A stretch of 64,000 nucleotides of DNA from Mobula hypostoma (taxonomy: Eukaryota): positions 89,034,001-89,098,000 of the forward strand of contig NC_086097.1 of NCBI RefSeq assembly GCF_963921235.1, given 5' to 3'. Under the pieces are notes generated by a model. It ran no database searches. It was not told the DNA's origin and saw only the letters and a list, made by a program, of their open reading frames with translations. This document shows positions 1 through 13,819 of the stretch, in pieces. Position numbers and translations under genes: made by a program. How positions within the stretch are numbered: the first letter of the stretch is position 1; every line of letters begins with the position of its first letter.

Positions 1-119
1 AGATGCCCACTTCCAGAAAGGCTCTCTGAACCATAGTGTAGACTCCCATCTACCTAGAGGCAGAGTAAACACCGCCCTCACTGTGAAACTATTTGAAGAG
101 AATTGCAGGGACCACAGTG

Positions 120-470
120 GTAGAGGGGCACAGCCGGTACAGCCACTGCCTCATAGCGCCTGTGGGCCAGGTTCAATCCTGACGTCCAGTGTTGTCTCTG
201 TGGAGTTTGCATGCTCATCCTGTGACTGTGTGAGCTTCCTCTGGGGGCTCCAGTTTCCTCCCACATCCCAAAGACATGCAGGTTGATAGGTTAGTTGGCC
301 ATTGCCAATTGCCCTTAGTCTGTGGTGAGCGGGAGAATCTGGGGCAGTTGATGGGAACATAGGGAAAATTAAAAATGATATTAGTGTAAATGGATGGCTA
401 ATGAACAGTGCAGACTTGATGGGCCAAAAGGCCTTTTTTCTATGCTATGTCACTCTATAACTCTATGATT
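120..470 (+). mobile_element. tRNA-derived V-SINE (HE1-like) with CR1-type 3' tail
   Basis: B-box-like GGTTCAATCC, then a V-domain-like core (gtggagtttgcatg...ctccagtttcctcccacatcccaaagac) and a tail (gatgggccaaaaggcc...ctctatga). The same core recurs at several other positions in the window. Confidence 0.75.
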
Positions 471-519
471 ACTACACATAGGCCTTTTTCTACCTCACCA
501 AAGCATTGCCTGGGAGGAA

Positions 520-1590
520 TCGTAGAATGCCCACTTGAAATTTGAATACCCACAGAAATTTGTCTTCACCTCATGTTTACTTCACGATGACAAGCAATAT
601 CCATCAAACGGGTCATCAACAGAGCCAGTCTCAGTTCATACCGGTGTCAAACAGTATCGGCACTTCTTTCAATCAATCTCACTTCCAATAAACTTAGCTT
701 TGCGTGGAGCTTTAGAACACAGGAGCAACTCTTGAAGCTATGACAACTATACTCCAGAACCATCCTCAGTAATCATGTTGTAGTATACAGACAAAGTGCT
801 TGTGTCTGCTCAGAGGACAAGTTCCAAGCTTTTGTTGACTTATTTACTTAAGGTTACAAGTGGATGGGCTTTGCAAAGACCCTTTACCAACTTGCCCCTG
901 TTGTACAAAGCCAGCCTCGAACAAAGAAGTTTGCATTAAAACTCAGGAAAATCTGGACTACTTTGCATATCTCACCCCTCAGTGAAGGCAAATATTGATG
1001 ATGAGATTTGACATCACTTTCACTGGGCCAACACAACCTTTGGTCAGTTGGGATAAATATTGGTTTATCAGGCAGCTCTGATTCATTGGTATGTTTCTGA
1101 GACCTGGACTACCTCAAGCAGGCACATCAGGGCAATGGAGATATGTCCAAAGCTGATCTGGTATCCAGAAAATCACCAAATTAATTGAAAGGATAAATTA
1201 AAATGTCCTACATCCCCAGCACTAAGGCCCTCGTTCACTCTGTCAGCTCCACTGAGTAGACCATTTTCATCACTTGCCCAAAACCTGACACTCAGAACAG
1301 GCATCCAATCCAAGGAGCAAATTTAACATCCCCACTGACTCCTGGGAATCTTTGGTCCACGACCAAAGTAGAGTAGAAATATGATAAGTTAGCATTGTGG
1401 GCACACAAAAGCTCCAAGAAAATGCAGGGGGAGTTCAATTCTTTACAAATCAAGTCAGGCATATTTATCCTATCTATGGAAGAGTCTGTGGTTCCCATTT
1501 TGACCTCATCAGTCCCCTGAGAACCCACAGAGATGGAATGAAAGCAACTCATCCTCAGTCCCAGGGGACTGGCAATGGAAAGGTTTCTGT
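520..1590 (+). mobile_element. Decayed RTE-clade LINE 3' fragment
   Basis: RT remnant VHTGVKQ (TGVKQG-like) in ORF 535-735. ORF 1397-1606 has a degenerate C-terminal Zn-finger, HIYPIYGRVCGSHFDLISPLRTH, typical of RTE ORF ends. Confidence 0.65.
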
Positions 1591-3074
1591 ATATATCCTG
1601 GGTTAGTTCACCCTGAGGAAGATATCTTCTCTGCATTGTGTTCATTCACAATGGATAGCATAGTGGGGAGAATTTACTTCTTTCATAGCTATGCAAAGCT
1701 GCTCACATACCTGGCAACCAATCCAGAGAATTCCTCTATATCTTTATACTACACACCAATACATAAGAGCAATCACAAATTCCTGTCACTCCTTGGGCAA
1801 TTTCCAGGACCATAACTAATCACTAGGTCCAGCCTCCCCAAGATAAACAACGAACAACTCACCTTAAAGACTCTGTAAACAGTTCCAACTCAGTGACCCT
1901 TCATCACAAGAACTTTTGTGCTGTTACGTGTATAAACTTAGCAGCTTTACAACTCATATAGTTAATGAATCATAAAGGGTGCTCTCTCTGGTGTCAAGGT
2001 TTGAAAAGACAGCACTAAATACTAAACCATATTTTTTTTCCATTCTGGTTATGTATTTTTCACTTGGATCAAGAATTTATGAAAGACCACAGATTTCTAT
2101 GGTGGTGGTCGGAATTTGTTCAATAGATGTGTTTTGAGTATTTTTCCACCGAGAGAAATATGTGAAAAAGGAGATTCAAAGGTCACTCAATTCAAACTGT
2201 ACCTCTAATTCCATTTACCTGTGCTGTTATATTAAGGGTCAGGGCGGAGGGGGTGGTGCAATTGGATTTTTCAAGACTGAGGTAAATTAACCTTTGTCAC
2301 ACATGGACATTGTGAAATAGAGTCTGTTGCCTTAACCCAACATAAATGCATTGACCCAGGTTTTGAAAGTTCTGTTTATCCCCAGACCTTGGGTGGGAGG
2401 AGGGGTGTGGAAGAGGGGGAAAGAGTTTCACATCTCTGTCACTCCTTATCGTGAAGAAGAAGTGCTTGCCTAGTTTCCTTCCTAGGCTTGGGAACTCTCC
2501 AAGGAAAATTAGAAATTTCTGAAAACTGCTGGCTTTCTGGACATTTCATTGTAAGTTCGCTCGGTTCAGAACCTTGGCCTTTTAGAGCATAGACTGCAGG
2601 CTCCCACTGGTGCTGATACACTCAATATAAGGGAACCATATGGTTTCATCCAATGTTCATTCAGGTCTCAATGGGAGCCCTACAGACCTGATGCATTGTA
2701 GCACCTGATCGTTTTCCTAACCTTCTGTTTCCAAGTTGGAGTTCACAATTTATGACAACTAGAAGATTTAATTTAAGTGTTTTATTGGAATGGTATTAAA
2801 ACTTGGACAGATACTGTTAATGTTCTTACCACAATTATACCTCACTTAAACTGTTCTTTACCATCACCTTCTCTTAAATTAATTAAGCTACTTTCAACTC
2901 ACAAATCAGGATCTCAAGTAAAAATTGTATTCTTTTTGTCAAGGTTGCTCTGAAAGTCAGGTTGGGCAAAATGCATTTTCTCAAGTTGACTGATTGACGA
3001 TTCCTCTGACTGCAGCCACCATAACTGACTTTGTCCAACCTTTATCCTCACAGTTCCATTATACCAGGTGTTCC

Positions 3075-5176
3075 TGTACTGTATGGATCTATTTCTTTTA
3101 GAGCAATGACTCCCCTTAGCACTAATTATTGACTGATAACTTATCCATGCACATTGATCTGCTCTCTCTCTCTCTCTGTCTCTGCAAAGTGAATGTACCA
3201 GTTAGCCTCACCTCTGCATGTCTGCTTATATTTAATCGATATGTAGTTGTACAGACACAACAAATTGGTGACAAGTACAAACCCAGATATCAGTGAGTAT
3301 CACCAACTGCATCAACAGTTATGACACAAAAGAATTCAGAGGAAGGCAAAGAGACAATGAGAGGAAAGAGTGAATCTTTGGCAGGTGGGAAGAGGTTCTC
3401 AAAGATTGACTTTTCACAAGCCTATCTACACATGGAAATCGAAGAGTCAAGCAGGATGTTCCTCGCTATCAATACTCACAAGGGACTTTTCTAGTATCTA
3501 GTATCTAGTTTTCTAGACTTTTCTAGTCTTATCCTTGATGTGATGAAGAAAAATGGCGTCAGACATCAGATCCTGACCAACCAGCAATGAACAGGTTAGC
3601 TGAAAGCTTTATCCGAACCTTCAAGAAGTCCATTAAAAGTATGGACAAGGGGGGCATTTCTCTACAGCACAAGGTGGACAACTTCCTTCTTGGCTATCGG
3701 AACTCTATTCATGCGATGACAAAGTAAACGCTTGCAATGCTGTTCGTGAGCAGGAATCTGAGATCTTGCATAAACCTCCTGAAAGCCGATCTACGGAGGG
3801 AAGTGCAGAATGAACAGTTGCTAACTAAATCAGAAGAAGCTTCAGGGTTGGGCAGGAAGTCCTAGCGTGTGATTACCAAGTAGACAAGTGGACACCTGAT
3901 TAGATAGCTACAAAAACCGGACCACTCATGTACACAGTGGATGTTGGAGATCATACATGGAGACATCATGTGGACCAGATACTGGATGCTCAGCTGAAGA
4001 ACGCACCTGAGTCAACTACATCCAACAAGGTGGATATAATATGGCCACTGGACTTGCCTCTCAGTGACAATCAAGCCACTGATAGCAACATGACACCTGC
4101 AACAGAGAAAGTTGTCTTTGACACATCATCGGCCAAACCTGATGCCGCTCCGCTGGTCCAAAGGCACGATCCTGAAAGAAACAGGTAATGCTCAGCTATA
4201 TCGACTCGTATATATCCAGGGGAAATCCCGTCTGGCGCCCGCCTGGACGCTTCCGGTTGTGTCAGTTGCTGTACCACTGCCACTCAAATCAGTTTCAAAC
4301 ATCAACCGTCAGCCAGCACACACAGTACGTTTTACCAAGTACACTTTATAGATATTACTAAGTCTATGAAATTAATATAAATTCAATACAGAAAAAGGGA
4401 ATGGAAAAGGCGTCAGACTTATTGAAGTTCAAGTTCTTTGTGCACAAATTGGAGCTCAGGAATTTCTTCGGGACCACCCTGACGCAGTCAGCTCGCGGCT
4501 CGGGACCACCCGGAGTGATTGACCGACGCCTTCCTGCACGTCTGGCGTCCTCCAGGTCTCTCGTCCGACTCTCCGCCAAAAACCCCTCGTTCCCAGTCAT
4601 ATGAGACAGCATTATCACCCCAAGAAAGAATAACGTGGACACTGATTGGCTAATAGCACCCTGCTGTCTGTATTAACTCAAGCAAATGTCTATCTAGAGA
4701 CTTTCTCAGCATTTAACATAACATAGAAGCCATTTTAATCCACATACGCAGCAGTTTAGAAGATTAACATAACAAAGAAGCCATTTTAAATTTAACATAA
4801 CAAAGAAGAAACCTTGTACAAACAGAACGCCACCCAAAAGACTGAATCTTTAGTACAGTGAAGTTAATTATGGACTGTGATTGTGAAAGCATGTTTATTT
4901 GAGTATGGGTTGTCAAAGGGAAATAAAATATTTTGTTACATATACAGTTTTATGTTACATTATTCTAAAGGGGAAGGAAATGTAATGTATGGATCTATTT
5001 CTCTTAGCACAATAACTCCCCTTAGCACTAACTATTGATTGGTAACTTACCCTTGCACATTGATCTGCTCTCACACTCTCTCTCTCTCTCTCTCTCCGCA
5101 AAGTGAGTATACCAGTTAACCTCACCTCCGCGTGCGTGCTTTTATTTAATTGATATGTGGTTGTACAGACACAACA
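3075..5176 (+). mobile_element. Internally deleted Gypsy LTR retrotransposon
   Basis: LTRs 3075-3262 and 4981-5176 (TG...CA). PBS-like attggtgac follows the 5' LTR and PPT aaaggggaaggaaa precedes the 3' LTR. 5-bp TSD GTTCC (3070-3074, 5177-5181). RT remnant LAGGKRFSKIDFSQAYLHMEIEE...INTHKGLF and integrase remnants. Confidence 0.9.
4185..4819. mobile_element. 635-bp insertion (probable solo LTR) inside the Gypsy integrase tail
   Basis: Flanked by aaacag (4179-4184, 4820-4825). Removing it restores ...PERNR-TPPKRLNL*. Ends in TGTAC(A) and has internal repeats of taacataacaaagaagccattttaa. Confidence 0.65.
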
Positions 5177-7659
5177 GTTCCCAACCTTTTTTTTTGCCAT
5201 GGACCAATACCATTAAGCAAGGGATCTGTGGACCCCAGGTTGGGAACTGCTGCATTATATAGACGTGCAATCAACTCTCTGCATTGAGCCTCCGCTGTTC
5301 TGCTTTCAATTTTGTGTGCCTTTACTATTATCTGCAGCTATACACCTAGGTAATTATTCTGAGTAAAAAGTGCATCTCCAACAAGGTTTTAATTCATCAG
5401 TCAATATTTTCCTCAATTCTGGGAGTAACAAGATTCTTGTTTATTAAATATGGGTATACTTTTCTTCTGAAAGTTTTATTTTTCTGTTTAGTTTCAGGAC
5501 AATAACATTGCATGACCTGATCTAATAATAATAATCATAATAATAATAAATTCTTTTTTGATTGCACGTGGGGAAAGTCTTTTGTTACAGCTGCAACGTT
5601 TTTTTAAAAAGTTAGCAGTGTGCAGACTTAACTAATAAAGTACAGAATAACTTACACAATAATAATTTACCAATGTGCAATAATAATGCATGAAATAATA
5701 AAACAGAGACTATTGTACTGTGATGTGTGTTCTGTTGCACAGAGATGAACTGCTGTACATGCTGCTTTTATGATCTATCTTCCCTTGGTTTTGAATCTGC
5801 AACAGAATCTGACATTACACTTTATGTAGTTTTCTGAACTCTTTAATATTTTAAGGTTACTATGTATTCCCTAACAATTTTCTATACATGAGGATTGCAA
5901 CCCTAGTTACAACATGGCAGCCTCATAATTTAACCCAAAGTACTCCTAGTGGGATCTGACCAACTTCATAACTATGGCCTAATTTCCCACCCCAGAAGAT
6001 CACGGTCAACCTTCAATCTCCAAGATGACACCAAGGTGGTTTTTGATTGTGCTTTTGCATTCATGTACTAATGAGACAGCTCTGTGTTTTGGGATGTACT
6101 GACTTTCTGGTGGGACGTTAATGAGAGGACTGTGTGTGCTCTCATCAACAGGTGTAAAAATGTCACGGCACTGTTACAGAGAAAGACTAAGAGGAACTCT
6201 CTTGGATCAACCAATGTTTACCCTCAAATATGTACATTTGTATGATTAGAACAGACGTATCTAAAAACTAATGCTGTATCTCAAGTGTAATCACACTTAC
6301 CACAATGGAAACAGAGTCAATTTGCCAATACAATAATAACCAGATTATCTGTTTTTGGTGAAGTAAGGAGATAATGTTGAACAGAAACACAAATAGAACT
6401 ATCCTCTTCCTCAAGTATCATCATGCCTTAGAGTTGGCCTTTCTGTCAGATCAGCATTTCCCTTTGTATGTACTGTGTGTATCAGCCTGGATTATTTGAC
6501 ATTTAAGTCTTAAAGGTGGGCTTGATACATTGATCTTCTAACTCAAGGGAGAAAGAATTTGCGTGTCACCACTAATAAGGATCAGGCACAAGAAAGTAGG
6601 GACCAACCTTCCAGGTTATCCAACTAATAAAAATCAGTTTCTAGGATTGTGCTGGAGAAAAATCCTGTGAACATTAAATAAACACTTTGTTCAGTCTAAA
6701 CATTTGATGTTTATTAAAGCTATTGTCCAAATGGCTGTCTGACTGGCACTCAAGAATCAGCTAATGAACTACAAAATGTCTGTTTCGCAATTACCCTGGA
6801 GACGAGGGGCTCCAAAAACAACCGAGGGAGTTTCAATGAGGAGTCATTAGAGCTAAAATCATGTGACAAAACCTTCAAGATTATGCTAAGTATTGCTAGT
6901 ATTCCTACACAAGAGGGTCAGCAAAGAAAGTCATAAACACGCTGAGTTGGCAACGGCGGCTGCCTTTACCTAATAGTTAACGTATTCATAATAGTATAAT
7001 CAGTGAACTGCTGCATTTGATTGATAAAATGAGGTGGGGAAGGAAGATAAGGCACTGATAGAGCAAAGAATGATTGAAATCATCTGGGACATCATTGGGA
7101 GATTATTGCCCTACTACTTTATTAAAGATTGATTAGAGAGACAGACATGAATTTATCCACAAAGACCACATAGCACTCAAGGCATCACCATCAATAAGCA
7201 GGAAGTGATCAGTCAACATTTTCAAGCCTCACTAAAGAGACCAGGAAATAATTGCACATTAAGCAGGCTCATTAATAGTAAAAATCATCTCCATGATAAT
7301 ATTAGTTTAAAGTTGAAAATGTAAAAACATTTTCATCTCTTTCAAAATCCATAAATGGTACAGAATTATAGATGCTGGGGAGTGAGTACCATGTTAAGAT
7401 TTAACTGCCTGATGCAAGTAACTTAGATATCTGAGACAGAGTTTTTGGTTGGAACTTGGTAATCAAGGATGCCAAGTTGCATTTTGTACATTTTGAATAT
7501 CATACACTTGATATCTGCAAAATAATTCAACTAGTAAAAATTTCAAAGGCAAAGTAATTGTCCAAAGCACAAAACCATATTTCCAAACATAACAAGATAT
7601 AATTCAACAATTTTGGAGTTTCACGATAATGGTTATGTTTCTGGAGTAGTAATAAAGGC

Positions 7660-10420
7660 TCAGAGTCATAGTGTCACAGAGCAACACAACACACGTACCG
7701 GGCCTTCTGCCCAGTGAGTCTGTATTGACCACGATGCCCACCGAGTTAGTCCCAATATCCTGTGTTCAGCCTGTAACACTCTAAGCTCGTCCCCTCCATG
7801 TTGCTATCCAAGTGCTTTTTAGATGAGACTATTATATTTGCTTTAACCACTTCGTTCCATATACTCACCACCCTGTGTGTGAAGTTGCCCCCATTTCCTT
7901 TCTAAATCTTTCCCCTCTCACCCCAAAATCTATACCTCTAGTTTTGGACTCCCCTACTATGGGGAAAAGGCTGCAATATCTCACCTTATATATGTACCTC
8001 ATAATTTTAAACATTTCTATAATGTTACCTTTTATTCTCCCACATTCCAAGGATGCTGCCTGGCTTCCTCCAGCATTTTGTGTGATATTGCTTTGGATTT
8101 CCAGCATCTGCAGATTTTCTTGTGTTTGTGATACACCAAGTATGTAATATAACTGTAACATAATGTCCCAACTCCTATACTCAGTGCCTTGACTGTTGAA
8201 GGCCATAGTGCCTGTAAGCAGATGAATCACAAGGTTTATAATAAGATTGTATACAAGGTTGTATACATACTTTGATAATAAATGTACTTTAAACTTTGAC
8301 TTTGTACTACTAATAGACAATAGGTGCAGGAGTAGGCCATTCGGCCCTTTGAGCCGGCACTACCATTCACTGTGATCATGGCTGATCATCCACAATCAGT
8401 ACCCCGTTCCTGCCTTCTCCCCATATCCCTTGACTCCACTATCACTTAGAGCTCTATCTAACTCTTTCTTGAAAGCATCCAGAGAATTGGCCTCCACTGC
8501 CTTCTGAGGCAGAGCATTCCACAGATCCACAACTCCCTGGGTGAAAAAGTTTTTCCTCAACTCCATTCTAAATGGCCTACCCCTTATTCTCAAATTGTGG
8601 CCTCTGGTTCTGGACTCCCCCAACATCGGGTACATGTTTCCTGCCTCTAGCATGTCCAATCCCTTAATAATCTTATATGTTTCAATCAGATCCCCTCTCA
8701 TCCTTCTAAATTCCAGTGTATACAAGCCCAGTGGCTCCAATCTTTCAACATATGACAGTCCCGCCATCCCGGGAATTAACTTCGTGAACCTCCACTGCAC
8801 TCCCTCAATAGCAAGAATGTCCTTCCTCAAATTTGGAGACCAAAACTGTACACAATACTCCAGGTGTGGTCTCACCAGGGCCCTGTACAACTGCAGAAGG
8901 ACCTCTTGCTCCTATACTCAACCCCCCTTGTTATGAAGGCCAACTAAGCCCCTCTGTTCCATTACATTCCCTAGTGCCCTGCCATTCATAGGATAAATCC
9001 TACATGGGTTTGACTTTCCAAAATGTACCACCTCACACTAATCTCTATGGATTTCCATTTGTCACTTCTTGGCCCAATTCTTTATCTGATCAGAATGGCC
9101 CAATTCCCTAAATGATCAAAATGCATTATCTCACACTTATCTCTATGGAAATCCATTTGTCACTCTTTGGCCCAATCTCCTAACTGATCAGATCCCCCTG
9201 TAATTTAGGATAACCTTCTTCACCATCAACACTATCCCCTAAATTTTGTGTCTTCCACAAACGCATTGAACAAACCTTGTACATATGCATCCAAATTATT
9301 TACGTAAATAACAAAATACAATGGCCCCAATGCTGAACGCAGTGGGCATACCTCCACACACTAGCCTCTATTCTAAGAAACAGCCTTCAGCCATCACCTC
9401 CAAGCCAATTTTGAATCCACCCTACTAGCTCTCCCTGAATTCCACTGGACCTAACATTCCAGACCAGCCTAGCATGCAGGACCCTGTCACTGAGGTACAG
9501 ACAGGCAACATTCACTACCCTCCCATCATTTTGCTCTTTGGTTACCTCTTCAAAAAAAAAACTCAAAAAAAATGTCAAGCACGACTTTCCTTGCATAAAG
9601 CCATACTCCAGATAAACTCTATCCATCCAGCGCCAATACATCCTTCCCTCCAGACACTTCCCCATTAATGATATCGGGATGATTGGCCTGTAGTTCACTG
9701 GCTTGCTCTTGCTACCTGTCTTAAGCAATGGAAAAGCAGTAGCCACCTTCCAGTCTTCGGGAACTTCACAGTGACTAGCAATAAAACAAAGGGCCTCTAC
9801 AATTTCTTAATTAGTCTCTCAAAAAAAAAGCCAAGAATCCGCTCTGTCAAGCCCTAGTGATATTTCCAACTTAATGAGCTGTAAGACTGCAAATACATCC
9901 TCCTTGGTAATATGAATGTCTCCAAAACATTACCACTTGTTTTCCTTATCTCATCAGCCACCATGATTTTCTCCTCTGTAAACAGTGAGGAAAAATACTT
10001 ATTAAGTATCCCCCCCCGCCCAGTCTCTGCAGCTCAAGACATAGGCAACCCTGCTAATTTCTATGGGGCCTCTCTCTCCCCAGCCTCCCTTTTACTTTTA
10101 ATATAGCTATAGAACCTCCTGAGTTTTCCTTAAACCTACCTTGCAGATCCATCTCAAATCCCGAATTTGCCCTCCTGATTTCACACTTAAGAGTATTATT
10201 AATTTTTTTATGGTCAGCAGGGGTTCACTCATCCCTGATTTCTAAATGCAATACGTTTCCTTTTTCTTGAACAGAGGCTTAATATCTTTTATCAGTCAAA
10301 GTTCACTAAGCTTGCCATGTTTAACCTTCACCTGAACAGGAGCATACTGCTCCTGGACATTGGATATCACACTCTTCAAACCCTCCCGCTAACCATTCAT
10401 TTCTTTTCAGCTTCAAGCAG
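7660..10420 (-). mobile_element. Old decayed CR1 LINE ORF2 (interrupted by younger inserts)
   Basis: ORF 9387-9746 (NYRPI...GFMQGKSCLT...GWIQNWL) and ORF 7865-8320 (ESKTRG...GERF) are CR1 RT and C-terminal remnants. Confidence 0.75.
8312..8946 (-). mobile_element. Young CR1 LINE 3' end
   Basis: Uninterrupted ORF 8396-8890, YRALVRPHLEYCVQFWSP...RRMRGDLIETYK...FFTQGVVDLWNALP, plus a 3' UTR ending in a short ctatt-type tail. Confidence 0.9.
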
Positions 10421-10869
10421 GCTTACCCAAGCAACACACACAAAATGGTAGTGGAGCTCAGCAGACCAGGCAGCATCTATGGAAAACAGTAAACAGTTGG
10501 TGTCTCAGGGCGAGATCTGAAACCTCCGCTATTATTCCTACCATGGCAGCTGGGAAATTTATAATTTCCAGAATATTTAACAATTATCATAGAGATCACA
10601 GAGCTCCCAGACCAGGGTATCAACTCAACTGGTTTTCTGGTTCCCCACTGGGGAAGGAAATTTGATGTCCTTACCCAGTCTGCACCCATATCCAACAAGA
10701 GTCTAATGCCAGGTTTGTCCCCTATTTCCTCTTCCTCTCTTACCTCTAAGAAATTAAGGCCAATTGCATGCACCCTACTTTTCCCCTTGATTCCAAAGCT
10801 AACCCTGGAACTCTTCTAGATGATGTTACATGGTATCACAGCAATTATAGTGGAGGAGTTGATTTATTT

Positions 10870-11480
10870 TCAAAGTTTAAAGTAAATTTATTATCAAAGT
10901 ACATACACACATGTCACCATATACAATCCTGTGATTCATTTTCTTGTAGGCATATTCAATAAATCCATAACAGAATAATAACTATAATAGAATCAATGAA
11001 AGGCCGCACCAACTTGGGTATTCGCCAGTGTGTAAAAGACAAGAAACTGTGTCATCATAAAGAGAAAGAGTTGATAATGATAAAGTAATAAGCAGCAGCT
11101 ATTAAGAACATGAGATGAAGAATCTCTGAAAGTGAGTCCAAAGGTAGTGGGAACACCTCAATGATGGGATAACTGAAATTGACTGAAGCTATTCCTTTTG
11201 GTTCAAGAGCGTGATGGTTGAAGGGTAATACCTGTTCCTGAACCTGGTGGTGTGAGTCCTGAAGCCTAGTGTGAATACCTTCTTCCTAATGACAGCAGCA
11301 AGAAGAGAGTGTGTCCTGGGTGGTGGGGTTCCTGATGATTGATGCTGCTTTCCTGCAACAACACTTTGTGTAGATGTGCTCAATGGTGGGGAGGGCTTCA
11401 CCCATGCCAACTGCACCAAATCCACTACTTTTTGCAGGATTTTCTATTCAAGGGCATTGGTGTTTTCATACCAGCTTTTG
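10870..11480 (-). mobile_element. Rex1/L2-like LINE 3' fragment
   Basis: RTHTTRFRNRYYPSTITLLN motif and a tail of gataataaatttactttaaactttg. Same family as 15710-16305, 28225-28840 and 52520-52950. Confidence 0.7.
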
Positions 11481-12575
11481 CAGCATCTTTTGTTCGATTG
11501 CTCTTCTGGCAAGGAAACTTAGTGAATATCCCATTGCATTACTAGATTATGGAGGGAGGGAAACTGTCAGACACTACTGATGTTCCTCAGATTTAACACA
11601 ATAGCAGATTAAGGGCCTGTTTTGTGGCTTGATTTTGCACATTAGCATCCAACAGTGCCCTTAACAGCTCCCTCTGAGACAGCAGAGCTTAGAGTTGGAT
11701 ATCTGAATTAATAATCCAAAAAGTGTAACTTGAAATCTCACTGTCCCAGTTTTAGAATTATAGTGAAAGTGACCACTGAACTGTAAAACCAGCGCTCTAT
11801 CACCGGCCAGTACACAGCCAGTCTTTATAAGGAATTGCAACCTGTTATGTTGCCCGAAGTGACTCAGCAAACTACTGCCACTTAATTGGATTAAACCAGT
11901 AGTTCAAGAAAGACCAACGCCAAACTTCCAGGCAAACAGGGATGGGCAATAAATAGCTGCCCTTAAAGCAAGCAGCTTGATAAAAACCTTGTACTGATAC
12001 TAGCCATGCCCTGGATTGTTACAGGTTGTGACAGCCGCTGGTGACATCATCACTTGTCATCTGATGGGAAGAACTGAGGGTCTCTGTATTCACCGAAAAG
12101 AAAAATGCCCATTCAATATCGATTTCACACAGACTGCTTTCAATTCAGAGGGCAACACTGTTACCAGGACGCTTTGTAGAAAGAAGCTTTGTTTTGATAA
12201 ATTAACCCACCGAAGTGCGGAGTGGGATTAAGCATGAAGGAAGAAACCAGGCTGCGACAGGATGCAAAGTGTTTTGCGGAGATTGGCTTGGCTTACGTTT
12301 AAGATGCTAGGCTTCCACCATGGGTTCACAGCTCACTTTGGGAAATAAATACAAAGAACAACTTGATACAGTACTTCCTCTGCAGTGATACAATGGAAGG
12401 AGAGCAAGAGAATTTCCCCAGTGTCCCAATGATCACCACCCAAACACATGATCTAATCATTACTATTATGGTGCATTTATTGCATTTCTTAATGTTTAGC
12501 AATGAATGCACTTGAAAGAAAAATGCTTAGCTAATTGTGAAGTTGCTTGAGAGCCTTGAAGACACAAAAGTTTAA

Positions 12576-13590
12576 ACACAAGAAAATCTGCAAATGCTGG
12601 AAATCCAAAGCAACACATGCAAAATGCTGGAGGAACTCGACAGGTCAGGCAGCATCTATGGAAATGAATAAACTGTCCATGTTTTGGGCCAAGACCCTTC
12701 TTCAGGACTGGAAAGGAAGAGGGAAGATGCCAGAATGGGAAGGTGGTGGGAGGGGAAGGAGGATAGCAGGAAGGTGACAGGTGAAGCCAGGTGGGTGGGA
12801 AAGTTAAAGGGCTGGAGAAGAAGGAATCTGATAGGAGAGGAGAGTGGACCATGAGAGAAAGAGAAAGAGGAGGTGGAGGGGGAGCTGATAGGCAGGTGAG
12901 AAGAGGTAAGAAGCCAGAGCAGCAAATAGAAGAATAGGGAAGGAGGAGTGAAAAATATTTACCAGAAGGAGAAAATAATGTTCATGCCATTGGATTGGAC
13001 ACTCCCAGGCAGAATACCAGGTGTTGCTCATGCACCAAGTGTGGTCTCATCATGGCACAAGAGGAGGCCATGGACCCACATGTCAGAATGGGAATAGCAA
13101 CCTGAGATAAAATAGGTGGCCATTGGGAAACTCTGTTTTTAGCAGATATAATGGAGGTGCTTGTCAAAGTGGTTCCCCAAGTCTCACTAATGTAGAGGGG
13201 GCCACAGCAGGAGCATCAGACACAACAGACAACCTCAACAGATTCACAGGTGAAGTGTTGCTTACCTAGACAAACTGTTTGGGGCCTTGAGTAGAGGTGA
13301 ATGGGGCAGGTGTAGCATTTCTGTCACTTGCAGGGTCACATGCCAGGAGGGAGATTAGTGGCGAGGGATGAATGGACAAGAGAATCATGGAGGGAGAAAT
13401 CCCAGTGGAAAACAGAGAGTGATGGGGTGGAGGAAAAGATGTGTTTGGTGGTAGGATGGCAGATGCTGTGGAGAATGATATGTTGGATGTGAAGGCTCAT
13501 GGAGTGTTAGGTTAGGACAAGAGGAACTCTAGCACTGTTAAGGCAGCGAGAAGATGGAGTGAGCGTGGATGTCTGGGAAATAGAGGGGAC
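12576..13590 (-). mobile_element. Decayed Penelope-like element 3' part (GIY-YIG remnant plus pLTR with degenerate hammerhead)
   Basis: Clear similarity to the young PLE at 42982-47669. The hammerhead core reads CTGAAGA...AAAA (GAAA mutated). Confidence 0.8.
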
Positions 13591-13819
13591 ACAAGAGTTG
13601 TTGTAAAAAGGCAAGTCTCCCATTTTATGGGAAATATGAAGGTCTAAAATATCAAGGTGAAAAAACATAGCAGGAAGCTGGGAGTCTCATCTCTGGAATG
13701 AATGGTTATGCAGATATGGGTCAAACAGTGTGCAAGCTGAGTGTAATGACTTCACCCTGCACTAAAGGTAGCAGAGATCCAAAATACTGTAACTAATGGA
13801 CAATACAAAGGGAAAATTA

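Larger units (their letters stand above)
3065..5252. mobile_element. Short hAT-type MITE, split inside its left TIR by the Gypsy element
   Basis: Rejoined left end caggtgttcccaacc and right end ggttgggaactgctg form TIRs. 8-bp TSD cattatac (3057-3064) / cattatat (5253-5260). An intact sibling lies at 57458-57537. Confidence 0.8.

Noticed and set aside
9018..9192. ~100-bp imperfect tandem duplication
   Set aside because: A local duplication inside a dead CR1, with no sign of function.
12112..12126. Minus-strand EIDIE resembling PPP1R14 exon 2 (EIDID)
   Set aside because: The flanking residues (WAFFFSV) do not match the family and there is no suitable acceptor/donor pair.
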